Shown here piece after piece: positions 9,392-20,142 of a stretch of DNA of 64,000 nucleotides (position 1 is the stretch's first letter; each line of letters begins with the position of its first letter). The stretch spans positions 1,263-65,262 of the forward strand of contig CACPHA010000001.1 in NCBI GenBank assembly GCA_902633655.1. The letters run 5' to 3'. A model generated the notes under the pieces. It did no database searches. It was not told the origin of the DNA and was given only the letters and a program-made list of their open reading frames with translations. The translations under genes and the position numbers were made by a program. The stretch is from Paracoccaceae bacterium (lineage in GTDB: Bacteria; Pseudomonadota; Alphaproteobacteria; Rhodobacterales; Rhodobacteraceae).

Positions 9392-10039
9392 ATGATAGAC
9401 AGCATAAAACACCATGTGAGTGACGATTTGTTAATGGCTTACTCAACGGGCAACCTGCCGGAAGCATTTTCTATTGCTGTCGCAACACATGTATCAATGT
9501 GTGACATCTGTAGAAGTACGCTAGAAAGTTTTAATGCGGTGGGCGGAGCGCTTTTGGAAAACAATTCTACGGTGGCGATGTCGGATAACGCCTTTGCACG
9601 AACTTTAGATAAAATTAAATCTATGCCTGTCGTGCCAGATAAACCAACGAAAATTCAATCTGATCTTCCTGCTCCTTTGACTGATTATATCGGGCGTAGC
9701 TTAGCCCAAATCAATTGGCAGCCGATTGGGATGGGTGTCAAGCAATCAATATTGACAACTTCTACTGAAGCCACCGCCCGGCTACTTTACATTCCTCCTG
9801 GAACCGAGGTTCCTGATCACAGTCACGATGGTATAGAAATGACCTTAGTTCTTGATGGGGCATTTGCGGATGAAAATGAGTATTTCGCGAAGGGCGACAT
9901 CGAAATTGCTGACGGTTCGACAAATCACACTCCAGTTGCAACGGATGGCAGACCTTGCATTTGTCTAGCGGTTACAGAGGCACCGTTGAAATTCCGAAAA
10001 GTGTTCCACCGTCTCATACAGCCGCTAATGCGCATCTGA
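9392..10039 (+). CDS. chrR: Anti-sigma factor ChrR (zinc anti-sigma domain + cupin)
   Basis: KHH...HVSMCDIC zinc motif; PDHSHDGIEMTLVL...HTP...CICL cupin. Confidence 0.93.
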   Translation: MIDSIKHHVSDDLLMAYSTGNLPEAFSIAVATHVSMCDICRSTLESFNAVGGALLENNSTVAMSDNAFARTLDKIKSMPVVPDKPTKIQSDLPAPLTDYIGRSLAQINWQPIGMGVKQSILTTSTEATARLLYIPPGTEVPDHSHDGIEMTLVLDGAFADENEYFAKGDIEIADGSTNHTPVATDGRPCICLAVTEAPLKFRKVFHRLIQPLMRI

Positions 10040-10807
10040 TCGCTTTATTATGTCATTGTGAAGCAACGGAGCAGCAGCAATAGCTCCCTTTGTTAAGGGG
10101 CGTTTTTGGTTAAAACTGAGCTTTCGTCCCGTTCGATCAGACACGATTGCACCAGCCTCTGCCGCGATAAGAGCGCCGGCGCAGATGTCCCACTCCCAAC
10201 TGTTACGGAAAGTTATCATTGCATCAAACCTACCCTCTGCAACCAAAGCGAGCCGGTAAGCGAGAGAAGGCCGATGATGCCTTGTAAAACCTGGAACAGT
10301 TGCGTTCCTCCAAAATTGTGCCTGCTGTGCTGGGCGTGCAGCAAGTACATTTGCATTGTCAAGCGCTCTTTGCGTGCTGACCGAGATAGGCTTGTGATTT
10401 AAAAAAGCTCCCTTACCAAGTTGCGCTGCATAGAGGTAATCAAACGCGGGTAAGTAAACGACAGCGGCATAAGGCAGTCCATCTTTAGTCACAGCAAAGG
10501 AATGCGCCCATGTGTTGTCTCCATTCATAAAACTTCTGGTACCATCTATTGGGTCGATTACAAAGCAAGAGTGCTTTTCCAAACGTGACGGATCGTCTTC
10601 GCTCTCCTCGGACAACCAACCGTAATCTGGCCGTTCTGAACGCAAAAACGCTAACAACATTTGATTTATGGCAAGATCTGCTTCTGTGACCGGGCCTTCG
10701 TTACCTCTTTTTTCCCAAGATTTTGCTGCGCCACCGGCCAAGGGCAAGGCAATTTTTGACGCTCTTCTGGCTGCCTCAACAAGAAGCATGAGATCATTTT
10801 CCAGCAA
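10025..10807 (-). CDS. Inositol monophosphatase / CysQ family protein
   Basis: VTEAD, LSEE, IDPIDGT, WEWDICAG. Confidence 0.88.
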   Translation of the reverse strand: MLENDLMLLVEAARRASKIALPLAGGAAKSWEKRGNEGPVTEADLAINQMLLAFLRSERPDYGWLSEESEDDPSRLEKHSCFVIDPIDGTRSFMNGDNTWAHSFAVTKDGLPYAAVVYLPAFDYLYAAQLGKGAFLNHKPISVSTQRALDNANVLAARPAQQAQFWRNATVPGFTRHHRPSLAYRLALVAEGRFDAMITFRNSWEWDICAGALIAAEAGAIVSDRTGRKLSFNQKRPLTKGAIAAAPLLHNDIIKRSDAH

Positions 10808-12155
10808 TTTTCATCCCTTCGACCAGCAGCGAGGGAACCCGCCAGGAAACGTACGCACGCGCATCATTCGCAGCAACAAGACTAAGTAGCATATCATTTA
10901 AATTCCCAGCAATCGTACATTCACTTACGGGATACGAGATTTGACCATTTTCCACCCAATGGCCAGCGGCGCCTCGCGAGTAATCCCCTGTATTTGGATT
11001 GACTGTTGAACCGATCATCGATGTTACAAGTAATCCAGACCCCATTTCTACAAGCAATTCATCGCGGGATTTTGAACCACCACTTAACGTTACATTACCT
11101 ACTTGCGGGCTGGGTAGCGAACTAGGCGAACGGACTGCATTGCCAGTAGATTTCACTCCCAACTTGCGTGCCGACGAAAGGTCCAGTGTCCAGCCTTGCA
11201 AAATACCGTCCTTAACGATAACACGATTTCGTTTCGGCAACCCTTCCGCATCAAAAGGTCGCGATGCGCCGATCCGCGGACGCATTGGTTCTTCCAAGAG
11301 CGACATATCAGTTGGCAAGACTTGTTCTTTAAGTTTATCCCGGAGCCAAGAAGACCCTCTCGCTACTGAAGCGCCGTTTGAAGCAGCTAATAAATGACCA
11401 ATCAGGCTTGCTGCAACCCGTTGATCAAAAATGACTGGAAAAGAACCAGTTTCAGGCTTACGCGGTTCGAGACGAGCCAGCGCACGTTCTGCGGCTACCG
11501 ATCCAATGTCATCTGCTGATCGCAGGTCTACACCGTAAACCCGACTATCATAATCATAGTCTCGTTCCATACCAAGCTCGGTTCCAGCAATTGCAACACA
11601 GCTCAATCCCCTTGACGTTTTTGCGTAGCTTCCAGAAAATCCTGTACTGGTTGCCAGAAAGATATCGCTTTTAGAGTAGCTGGCTGATGCATCACTAACC
11701 TGCTTAATTCCACCATATTCCATGGCAGCATTTTCAACGGCCAATGCATCAGTTTTCAGTGTTTCGGCACTGGGCTCGTCTGATGGGTCGCACAAGTCAT
11801 AATCTGTAATTTCCCAAACTGTGGCAAATTCCTCTGGAGATGCCACTCCACAATAGGGGTCCTCCGGAGCCTCTTTTGCCATCGCGACAGCGCGCTCTAC
11901 CATTTTAGAAATAGTCTCCGCCCGAATGTCCGATCCAGAAACAATCGCCTGCCTTTTACCAAGAAAAACTCGCAAGCCCAAATCTAAACCTTCAGATCTT
12001 TCAGAAAGCTCTAAGGTTCCATCACGCACTGAAACACTGCTAGAAAAACCAGAAGCAACCAAAACATCTGCAAACTCCGCACCATTTTCCTTTGCAACGC
12101 TTAATAATTCAGACGCCAATTTTTCTAAGGATAAGGTTTTTGTTGATTCCAACAT
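10794..12155 (-). CDS. pmbA: TldD/PmbA family metalloprotease subunit (PmbA-like)
   Basis: FDAEG, STGNA, VNPNTGDYSRG, TIAGN motifs. Confidence 0.85.
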   Translation of the reverse strand: MLESTKTLSLEKLASELLSVAKENGAEFADVLVASGFSSSVSVRDGTLELSERSEGLDLGLRVFLGKRQAIVSGSDIRAETISKMVERAVAMAKEAPEDPYCGVASPEEFATVWEITDYDLCDPSDEPSAETLKTDALAVENAAMEYGGIKQVSDASASYSKSDIFLATSTGFSGSYAKTSRGLSCVAIAGTELGMERDYDYDSRVYGVDLRSADDIGSVAAERALARLEPRKPETGSFPVIFDQRVAASLIGHLLAASNGASVARGSSWLRDKLKEQVLPTDMSLLEEPMRPRIGASRPFDAEGLPKRNRVIVKDGILQGWTLDLSSARKLGVKSTGNAVRSPSSLPSPQVGNVTLSGGSKSRDELLVEMGSGLLVTSMIGSTVNPNTGDYSRGAAGHWVENGQISYPVSECTIAGNLNDMLLSLVAANDARAYVSWRVPSLLVEGMKIAGK

Positions 12156-12279
12156 GTGACTTCCAATAAATACTTTCGAGGGGTAACGAACCGTTTACCA
12201 AAGTGCAAGTGCTCGTAACGAGCTCTTAAGTACCTTAAAAATAGCACTGCAATCTTTGTAGACGAGGAAATTTTTTAAA

Positions 12280-13029
12280 ATGTCAAAAACTGCTTTAATT
12301 ACTGGCGCTGCACGTGGCATTGGGCTTGCCACATCGCATAAATTTGCCCAAAATGGATACCAAGTATTTATGCTTGACAGAGACCGTTACGCTTTAGACG
12401 AAAAAGTCAAAGAAGTTGATGGAGCTAAAGCCTTGCATTTCGATATATCTATCCAAGAGACCGCACAGTGTGTGGTCAAACAAATCGAAAAACTCTGCGA
12501 TGGCTTAGCAGTTTTAATAAACAACGCAGGCGTTGCAGAATTTGGTGGCATTGAAACCTCTTCCGCACAAAGCTGGCGCCGGGTCATGGACACAAATCTT
12601 GATGGAATGTTCTACTTGTCTCAGGCCCTAATTCCTCACCTTAAAAAGGCGCAAGGAAGTATTGTAAACATCGCCTCCATTTCGGGCTTACGGGCTTCCA
12701 CACTGCGGGTAGCTTATGGCACTTCAAAAGCAGCTGTCATGCAGCTGAGTAAACAACAGGCAGTTGAATTGGGCGAATACGGCATACGAGCAAATTGCGT
12801 AGCGCCGGGACCTGTGCGAACTAAGTTGGCAATGGCTGTACATACTCAAGATATTATCGATGCGTACCACGATGCAATTCCACTAAATCGCTATGGAAAT
12901 GAAGAAGAAATTGCCGCAGCTATTTATTTCTTAGCATCGGATGAAGCATCATTTATCACTGGCCAAGTACTATCGGTAGATGGCGGGTTTGAAGCTGCTG
13001 GTGTAGGGTTGCCAGCTCTAAGACATTAA
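12280..13029 (+). CDS. Short-chain dehydrogenase/reductase
   Basis: TGAARGIG, NNAG, YGTSK. Confidence 0.88.
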   Translation: MSKTALITGAARGIGLATSHKFAQNGYQVFMLDRDRYALDEKVKEVDGAKALHFDISIQETAQCVVKQIEKLCDGLAVLINNAGVAEFGGIETSSAQSWRRVMDTNLDGMFYLSQALIPHLKKAQGSIVNIASISGLRASTLRVAYGTSKAAVMQLSKQQAVELGEYGIRANCVAPGPVRTKLAMAVHTQDIIDAYHDAIPLNRYGNEEEIAAAIYFLASDEASFITGQVLSVDGGFEAAGVGLPALRH

Positions 13030-13041
13030 GTCTTATATACT

Positions 13042-14553
13042 TCATCTAATACGCTGTCCGTTGGCATAGACAACACCCGTTGGATCAATCCACAGCTCTG
13101 CTTCGAGTTCATCCATTCCTATTGGAACTGTAAACATTCCCATCAACATCCTCGCTCCCATTACTTCCTCGGACCCGATAAGGCCCGTAGTACTCATTTT
13201 CTGAAGCACATCATTCAAACCTTTGACTGAAAGCCTAATATCCCCCTCTGGGCGAGGAATGCCTTCAAATGTGACGTGATCATCATTGTCAAAAGTAAAC
13301 ATACCGTCTGCTGAAAATTCTGCGCCAAGTCCTGACACAACAAATTCATTAATGGACACCGCGAGCACTTCAGCTAAACCATCAAAATCGTTTGTGTTAT
13401 TCCAATCCACTGACATGTAGTCAGTCATCAAACGCGCAACGCCTTCTAGATCTAACATTAAACTAAATGAATTGCGGTCGAAAATTTTCAAAGGGTCAAA
13501 CATATCCCAAAAGGTTTCAGAAATTCCGAGTTCCTGTACTCCAATCCTTATACCAACCTTCTGCTCAATCTTAGAGGCAATAACCGGTAGCGTGCCATTA
13601 TAAACAAGAGACATAATTGAGAAGGCAACCGGCACCGGCACAAGACTTCCTTTAACACTAAAATCCCAAGAAGATATATCAGATAGAAATTTCAAACCAA
13701 ACTTCGATATGTCAGCTGAAATTGAGCCTCCATTTGAAGACGAGTCAATAACCACATTACCTTTGGGATGAAAGTAGTTCATTGTTGTTTGACCACTATC
13801 ATAGCCATATATTGACGAGCTGCTCATACCTCCACGTAATGCAGTGGTAATGCCCTCTGTCAAAGTCTCACCTTGGTTTTGAGTGTTTGAAGAAAATTTC
13901 AAATTAGAAAACTTTGAGTTCCAAGATACGCCAAAGTCTCTTTCCGTTGGGCTAGCAAGAGCATCTATCAAGAACTCTCCGACAGCGGCATTAGTTCTAG
14001 TACCATTCGGTTTTGCCTGAAGTGATGTCCCAACAAAATCTTTAAAACTTAAAGAAACTAGCAACTGGTCCTGCGCAATTGCTCCACTATCGTCTTCAAG
14101 CTTTAAAAATTTAAATAACAAGTTTTCGAAAGAAAACTCTTCTTTAATATGATTATTCTCCCGGCTTAAGATGAATTTACTTCCCTTCATGGACTGGCCT
14201 AAATAGACTTTAAGAAAGGCTTTATCATCGTCCTTGAGTTCTAGTCTCCAAGTGGCATCTTGGGCCATCTGGAGCGAAACAGTGCCATCACTCTCTGGCC
14301 TAAAGCGCCAGTTATCAGCAATATACTTAAGTGAATATCCATCAGAAAAGCTTTCGTTCTCAAAAATCAGTTCCGAGATATACAAGGTATCACCTTCAAT
14401 GGACTTTACCCCAGAAACAGTAAAATCTGAACCTTTGAAGCGGTCGATCATATGCTCCCAAGCTTCTTCTGGAGTAATAGCGCCAAGAGCGGCGGTCGTC
14501 AAAAAAACCCCAAACAAAAATGAAGCTATTTTGTGCCCTAGACCATTAAACAT
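13042..14553 (-). CDS. Exported protein, DUF2125-like
   Basis: Signal-peptide-like N-terminus; C-terminal GARMLMGMFT...ANGQRIR typical of this Rhodobacteraceae family. Confidence 0.65.
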   Translation of the reverse strand: MFNGLGHKIASFLFGVFLTTAALGAITPEEAWEHMIDRFKGSDFTVSGVKSIEGDTLYISELIFENESFSDGYSLKYIADNWRFRPESDGTVSLQMAQDATWRLELKDDDKAFLKVYLGQSMKGSKFILSRENNHIKEEFSFENLLFKFLKLEDDSGAIAQDQLLVSLSFKDFVGTSLQAKPNGTRTNAAVGEFLIDALASPTERDFGVSWNSKFSNLKFSSNTQNQGETLTEGITTALRGGMSSSSIYGYDSGQTTMNYFHPKGNVVIDSSSNGGSISADISKFGLKFLSDISSWDFSVKGSLVPVPVAFSIMSLVYNGTLPVIASKIEQKVGIRIGVQELGISETFWDMFDPLKIFDRNSFSLMLDLEGVARLMTDYMSVDWNNTNDFDGLAEVLAVSINEFVVSGLGAEFSADGMFTFDNDDHVTFEGIPRPEGDIRLSVKGLNDVLQKMSTTGLIGSEEVMGARMLMGMFTVPIGMDELEAELWIDPTGVVYANGQRIR

Positions 14554-14708
14554 ATCCAACACACCTATTTTTATTCCTAATCAACAGTTGTTAACATTAA
14601 ACGAAAACAGGTCACAGGCCAAATTGAATTCTAAATGAAATCTAGTCGACAAGTCAGGTCAGGTCTTTTAAACGCGAAAGTGATTTTACTGGAAAGGCTC
14701 CATAAGCA

Positions 14709-15458
14709 ATGGATTTATCGGGAAAAACCGTTTTTATTACAGGTGCGAGCCGTGGAATAGGTGAGGCCGCGGCTCAGGAGTTTGCAAATCATAACGCAAA
14801 TGTAGCACTTTTTGCGCGCGATGAAGCAGCATTAAAGCGGATTGCACTTGCGATCGGTAAAAACGCGCTTCCGCTTACCGGAGATGTGGCAAACTATGAT
14901 GATGTCAGAACGGCAATCGAGTTTACTGCCGCTACATTCGGTAGTCTTGATATCTTGATCAACAATGCTGCGGCCCTCAAACCTATTGCTCATCAGGCAA
15001 AAGCTGATCCTAAAGCTTGGGCGCAACTGATCGATGTAAACATTAAGGGTGCCTTCTATGCAAATCATTCAGCCCTTCCAATCATGGTCAAAAAAGGTGG
15101 CGGCACGATTGTAACGGTCAGTTCTGGCGCAGCAAAGTCAGCAATCGAGGGTTGGAGTGCCTACTGCACCTCAAAAGCAGGTGCAGCCATGCTGACCACA
15201 TGTACAGATCATGAATATAGGGCACAAGGAATCCGCGCTATGGGTCTTTCACCAGGTACGGTTGCAACGCGAATGCAGAAGGATATCAAAGAAAGTGGTA
15301 TCAACCCCGTCAGCAAGCTTGAATGGTCAGACCACATACCAGCGGAATGGCCTGCCAGAGCGCTGGTATGGATGTGCACAGAAGATGCTGATTCGCTGAT
15401 AGGGCAAGAAATTCAGCTGAAAGATCCCACGGTATTGAAGGCTTTGGGCCTCCCATGA
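14709..15458 (+). CDS. Short-chain dehydrogenase/reductase
   Basis: TGASRGIG, NNAA, YCTSK. Confidence 0.88.
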   Translation: MDLSGKTVFITGASRGIGEAAAQEFANHNANVALFARDEAALKRIALAIGKNALPLTGDVANYDDVRTAIEFTAATFGSLDILINNAAALKPIAHQAKADPKAWAQLIDVNIKGAFYANHSALPIMVKKGGGTIVTVSSGAAKSAIEGWSAYCTSKAGAAMLTTCTDHEYRAQGIRAMGLSPGTVATRMQKDIKESGINPVSKLEWSDHIPAEWPARALVWMCTEDADSLIGQEIQLKDPTVLKALGLP

Positions 15459-16078
15459 TTAAGTTTAGCGTAAATGACGATATCTGGACTATCCGCCTGA
15501 GCCGACCAGATAAAGCTAATGCCCTAACGGCGGAGATGCTAGAAGAAATCTGTTCAATAGTAGCAAGAGCACATAAAGCTCGCGCAATGATTGTAACCGG
15601 CGAGGGACAAGTATTCAGTGCCGGTGCCGATTTAGAGGCGGTCAAGAGAGGTCTTGCGACCTCAAACGTCTGGGAGCGAGCCTCAAGAGCGATTGCAGAG
15701 CTACCATGTTTGACTATTGCAGCCCTCAACGGGACATTGGCAGGGGGCGCTTTTGGCATAGCGCTCGCTTGCGATCTGCGAATTTCTGTTCCAACGGCAA
15801 AATTCTTTTATCCGGTAATGAAACTAGGCTATCTTCCCCAACCAAGTGATCCTGCCCGAATGTCTGCTCTAATTGGGCCGGCGCGGACAAAGTTGATACT
15901 GATGGCGGGCCAAAAACTAAATGCAGATGAGGCTTTACTGTATGGACTGATCGACTGCGTCTGCCCTTATGAAGAGTTACTTGACTCAGCGCACGCACTC
16001 ACCGATAGCGTCCACACTGCATTGCCCAACCAGGTAAAAGCTATCAAACAGATGTGCACGCAAACATCAATACCCTAA
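15455..16078 (+). CDS. Enoyl-CoA hydratase/isomerase family protein
   Basis: RPDKANALT, FSAGADL, GGAFGIALACDLR. Confidence 0.85.
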   Translation: MIKFSVNDDIWTIRLSRPDKANALTAEMLEEICSIVARAHKARAMIVTGEGQVFSAGADLEAVKRGLATSNVWERASRAIAELPCLTIAALNGTLAGGAFGIALACDLRISVPTAKFFYPVMKLGYLPQPSDPARMSALIGPARTKLILMAGQKLNADEALLYGLIDCVCPYEELLDSAHALTDSVHTALPNQVKAIKQMCTQTSIP

Positions 16079-16322
16079 ACTTTTCCGATTAATTCTACAC
16101 TGAACCTTCGCAAAGGTATGCAAGAAATATAAAATGTGCAATTTCTTATTTTCTCGAAAAATACGAAATTTCGATAAGACGCGCACCAGAATACCGTAAC
16201 TGCAGAAAACTGTCATCCTTAATGTCTTGTTTTTGAATTGGAATGCGGCCACAAAATGTTTTATCAGCTTTCTGATTTCAGTCAGTGAGTGTAGCCGAAG
16301 CATATTAAGGAGCTCATTACCC

Positions 16323-17510
16323 TTGGACAAAAAAGCTTTGGTTATAGGAAGCGGTCCGTCTGGCCTGATGGCCGCCGAAATGCTCGGAAGAGCTGGCGTG
16401 AAAGTCACTGTGGCTGAAGCAAAGCCCTCAGTTGCGAGAAAATTTCTAATGGCTGGTAAATCGGGATTAAACCTCACTAAAAACGAGAGCTTAGATCAGT
16501 TCATTGAAAGTTTTTACGGCAAACACAGCCATTTGCGTCCAATTTTAAAAGCTTTTGGACCAAAGGAGGTGATGGCTTGGGCAGATGGACTTGGGGCCGA
16601 TACATTTATTGGCTCTACAAAACGCGTTTTTCCAAAAGTGATGAAAGCGTCTCCTCTTGTTAGAGCTTGGGTGGGACGCCTCTTAAACCTTGATGTAAAA
16701 CTGCAAACAAAATGGCGGTGGATCGGGACGGGTGATAGAACTTTTTTTTTTGAAACTCCTTATGGCAACGAAACGTTAGAACCAGATGTGACAATACTTG
16801 CGTTGGGAGGTGCAAGTTGGCCGAAACTAGGTTCAGATGGAACTTGGGTGAAATGGTTTAAGGCCAACAACATAGAGCTTCATCCACTTGGTGCCGCCAA
16901 TGTCGCATTAAGGATCAACTGGTCACATCATATGGCCAGGCATTTTGGTCAACCTATTAAGTCGGTGAGCTTTCACACAAAGAGCCTAAAAGTGCGAGGA
17001 GAAGCAATAATTAGCGAAAAAGGACTAGAGGGTAACGGCATTTATCAAATCAGCCGTGCGATACGTTTGTCTGAAAAACTTTACATTGATCTTCTACCTG
17101 ATCGGTCAGACAAAAAACTAATTACTCTTTTAACAAAGCCACGCGGAAAAAAAAGTTATACTAACCATTTACGTAAATCTCTTAAATTTGGCCCTGAGAA
17201 ATTGGCTCTTTTGCAAGAATTTGGCAGGCCACTGCCTGCAGATCCTACCCAGATGGCACTATTGTTAAAGTCACTTCCCGTAAAACATCAGGACCTTGCT
17301 TCGATCGAAGGCGCAATTTCAACAAGCGGCGGCGTTTCTTTTAACGCTTTGACCAAAAGCCTTATGTTGAAATCCAAACCAGGTGTTTTTTGCGCCGGTG
17401 AAATGCTTGATTGGGAGGCACCAACAGGAGGCTACCTGATCACTGCAGCACTAGCGACAGGACGTTGGGCAGGAACCAAAGCCGCCCAATTCGCAAAAAC
17501 TGCTAGCTAG
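16323..17510 (+). CDS. HI0933/TIGR03862-family flavoprotein
   Basis: GSGPSG, KFLMAGKSGLNLT, LALGGASWP, AGEMLDWEAPTGGY; likely TTG start at 16323. Confidence 0.85.
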   Translation: MDKKALVIGSGPSGLMAAEMLGRAGVKVTVAEAKPSVARKFLMAGKSGLNLTKNESLDQFIESFYGKHSHLRPILKAFGPKEVMAWADGLGADTFIGSTKRVFPKVMKASPLVRAWVGRLLNLDVKLQTKWRWIGTGDRTFFFETPYGNETLEPDVTILALGGASWPKLGSDGTWVKWFKANNIELHPLGAANVALRINWSHHMARHFGQPIKSVSFHTKSLKVRGEAIISEKGLEGNGIYQISRAIRLSEKLYIDLLPDRSDKKLITLLTKPRGKKSYTNHLRKSLKFGPEKLALLQEFGRPLPADPTQMALLLKSLPVKHQDLASIEGAISTSGGVSFNALTKSLMLKSKPGVFCAGEMLDWEAPTGGYLITAALATGRWAGTKAAQFAKTAS

Positions 17511-18105
17511 TTTTGTTCTGACCAAGTGCAGCAGCTTCCTGGTACGATGAGCGCGACCTCAGGTTTTTTAGATAGATTTTGAATCCCTCATTGTGGCATG
17601 GAAACTTTGCAACGTAAGCCCATCCGCCGCAGTGCCCTAACACAAAGTCAGGGATGGTAAGCTGCTTTCCCATCAAAAATGGCCCCTTAATCTTTTTTGC
17701 AAGTCTTTCGATGTTTTGTTCGTATTCCAACTCAAAAGCTTGCCGGATCAAAGAAAAATTTTCTAATTTATTTAGACCCAATGATGATCTAGAAGAAGCC
17801 CAAAGCAAGGCATCAACCTCGTCAATAATCTGATGCAATAGTGCGTCCTGATGCGCCCTCGCTATAGTTCCTGGTTTTTCAGTCATCATTCCATGTTTAT
17901 CGGCAAGATAGGTCATTATTGCGTTTGAGTCCGTGATTACGGTCTCACCATCGAGTAGGACTGGCACCTTTCCGGAAGGATTATAATCTTTAACTTCTTC
18001 ACTGTGTGGTGAGGTGCTCATGTGCTCATAAGGGATACCCATTTCTTCTAGCATCCACAAAACCCTAAAAGTTCGACTTTTGACAGACCCGATCACCTTG
18101 TACAT
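17503..18105 (-). CDS. Glutathione S-transferase family protein
   Basis: SRTFRVLWMLEE, NPSGKVPVL, DSNAIMTYL. Confidence 0.88.
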   Translation of the reverse strand: MYKVIGSVKSRTFRVLWMLEEMGIPYEHMSTSPHSEEVKDYNPSGKVPVLLDGETVITDSNAIMTYLADKHGMMTEKPGTIARAHQDALLHQIIDEVDALLWASSRSSLGLNKLENFSLIRQAFELEYEQNIERLAKKIKGPFLMGKQLTIPDFVLGHCGGWAYVAKFPCHNEGFKIYLKNLRSRSSYQEAAALGQNKTS

Positions 18106-18306
18106 CAAATTCTCCCTGACAACCTTTAATATAAAAACGCCATTTCACGGCGTTTTTATAGTGTCATTTAGTTATCTAACACAAAGTGTTTCATTTAAAA
18201 TTCACAAAGATCAGCCACTATATACAAAGCCGGTATTAATGAGGATAAAGTTTGGCATAGCAGAATCGGACTCAAGCATGCTAAACCTTGTGGTATGCTA
18301 AGCGCT

Positions 18307-20142
18307 ATGCCCCAAATATCGGAAAATCTGCCACGTATTCGTCAATTGGACGAGGCTGCAGTGAATCGAATTGCCGCCGGAGAAGTAGTCGAACGCCCCT
18401 CGTCAGCTGTGAAAGAACTAGTCGAAAATGCGCTTGATGCAGGAGCAACCAAAGTCCGAATAGACATCACAGATGGCGGTAAAACACTGATCCGCGTAAT
18501 CGATGATGGTCGTGGAATGGACCCCGACGACCTGCCGATGGCACTCTGCCGCCACGCAACCTCCAAGATTGATGGTTCTGATCTATTGAATATCCAAAGT
18601 TTTGGATTTCGTGGCGAAGCCCTTCCCTCCTTAGGTGCAGTGGGTCGCTTGAGTATCACTAGCCGCGCTAATGGATTTGATGCCTATGAAATCACTGTTT
18701 CAGGCGGCAATATTTCAATTCTCAAGCCTGCTGTACTAATATCGGGCACCCAGGTCGAATTGCGAGATCTGTTCTATGCAATACCCGCAAGGCTCAAATT
18801 CATGAGGACGGATCGGGCAGAAACGCAGAGTATTTCGGAAGTAATAAAACGCTTGGCGATGGCCTGTCCAACCGTTGGGTTTGAATTAAATGATATATCT
18901 ACCGGAAAAGTGCGATGCGTTTTCAAAGTTCTCGCTGAAAAAGATGACGTGTCTGGTGTCATGCATCGGCGGATATCCCAGATTTTAGGTCGGGAGTTCT
19001 CTGAAAACGCTGTTTCCATCACCACGGAGCGCGAAGAGTTTTTCTTAAGTGGATTTGCTGCTTTACCAACGTTTTCGCGAGGTGCTGCAGTCATGCAATA
19101 TCTTTTTGTAAATGGAAGGCCGGTACGCGACAAAATGCTGAATAGCGCCCTAAGAGCCGCCTACAGCGACTTTCTAATCAAAGGCCGACACCCAGCTGCG
19201 GCGTTATTCATCACATGTGATCCATCCTTGGTGGATGTCAATGTTCATCCGGCTAAGTCCGAAGTAAGATTTCGCCAACCCGGCATTCTGCGAGGTCTTA
19301 TAATCTCTGCCCTACGCCACAGATTGGCGGAGGCAGGACATAAGGCCTCATCAACAGTTTCTGACTCATTACTTGGAGCAGCAACACCTAGAGAACCATC
19401 GGCTACCCACACCTATCAAATCAACAAGGAAGGGAATGTTAAGGGAGCAGTTCCCTATCAAACAGGTACACCTCGATTTGCCGAAACTCAGGCCCTTTTT
19501 GCGCGTATTGACTATGCGCAAGAAGATGACACGGTGGCATTTAATGAAAACCGCGCTGAGCAGTTCCCTTTGGGAGCCCCACGAGGTCAAGTACATGAAA
19601 ATTATATTATTTCTCAAACTTTGGACGGGTTAGTCATTGTCGATCAACATGCTGCACATGAACGAATTCTATATGAAAACCTAAAGTCCCAGATTCAGCG
19701 GAATGGTGTAACCTCGCAAGCTTTGCTAATCCCTGAAATTCTAGACTTATCTCCAGATGACTTTAACCGTATTATGAGTGCAAGGGATACCCTCGAAAAT
19801 CTTGGCTTAACAATCGAAAGTTTTGGAATTGGATCGGTAGCGGTACGCAGTGTTCCCGCTATCCTTGGAGAACCAGATGTTAAAGCTCTAGTGATCGACG
19901 TGCTTGACGAGTTGAACGATCAAGATGAAACGCAGGCTCTTCAAGACAAAATAGAATCTGTCCTAAGCCGCATCTCCTGCCATGGATCAGTTCGCTCAGG
20001 TCGGCGTTTGAAAAATGAAGAGATGAATGCGCTATTGAGGGAAATGGAAACAACGCCGCATTCAGGTCAATGTAATCATGGCCGCCCCACTTATGTGGAA
20101 CTTAAGCTTGCCGATATAGAAAGATTGTTTGGCAGACGATGA
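18307..20142 (+). CDS. mutL: DNA mismatch repair endonuclease MutL
   Basis: IAAGEVVERP, GFRGEAL, VDVNVHPAK, DQHAAHER, CNHGRPT; start 18295 or 18307. Confidence 0.97.
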   Translation: MPQISENLPRIRQLDEAAVNRIAAGEVVERPSSAVKELVENALDAGATKVRIDITDGGKTLIRVIDDGRGMDPDDLPMALCRHATSKIDGSDLLNIQSFGFRGEALPSLGAVGRLSITSRANGFDAYEITVSGGNISILKPAVLISGTQVELRDLFYAIPARLKFMRTDRAETQSISEVIKRLAMACPTVGFELNDISTGKVRCVFKVLAEKDDVSGVMHRRISQILGREFSENAVSITTEREEFFLSGFAALPTFSRGAAVMQYLFVNGRPVRDKMLNSALRAAYSDFLIKGRHPAAALFITCDPSLVDVNVHPAKSEVRFRQPGILRGLIISALRHRLAEAGHKASSTVSDSLLGAATPREPSATHTYQINKEGNVKGAVPYQTGTPRFAETQALFARIDYAQEDDTVAFNENRAEQFPLGAPRGQVHENYIISQTLDGLVIVDQHAAHERILYENLKSQIQRNGVTSQALLIPEILDLSPDDFNRIMSARDTLENLGLTIESFGIGSVAVRSVPAILGEPDVKALVIDVLDELNDQDETQALQDKIESVLSRISCHGSVRSGRRLKNEEMNALLREMETTPHSGQCNHGRPTYVELKLADIERLFGRR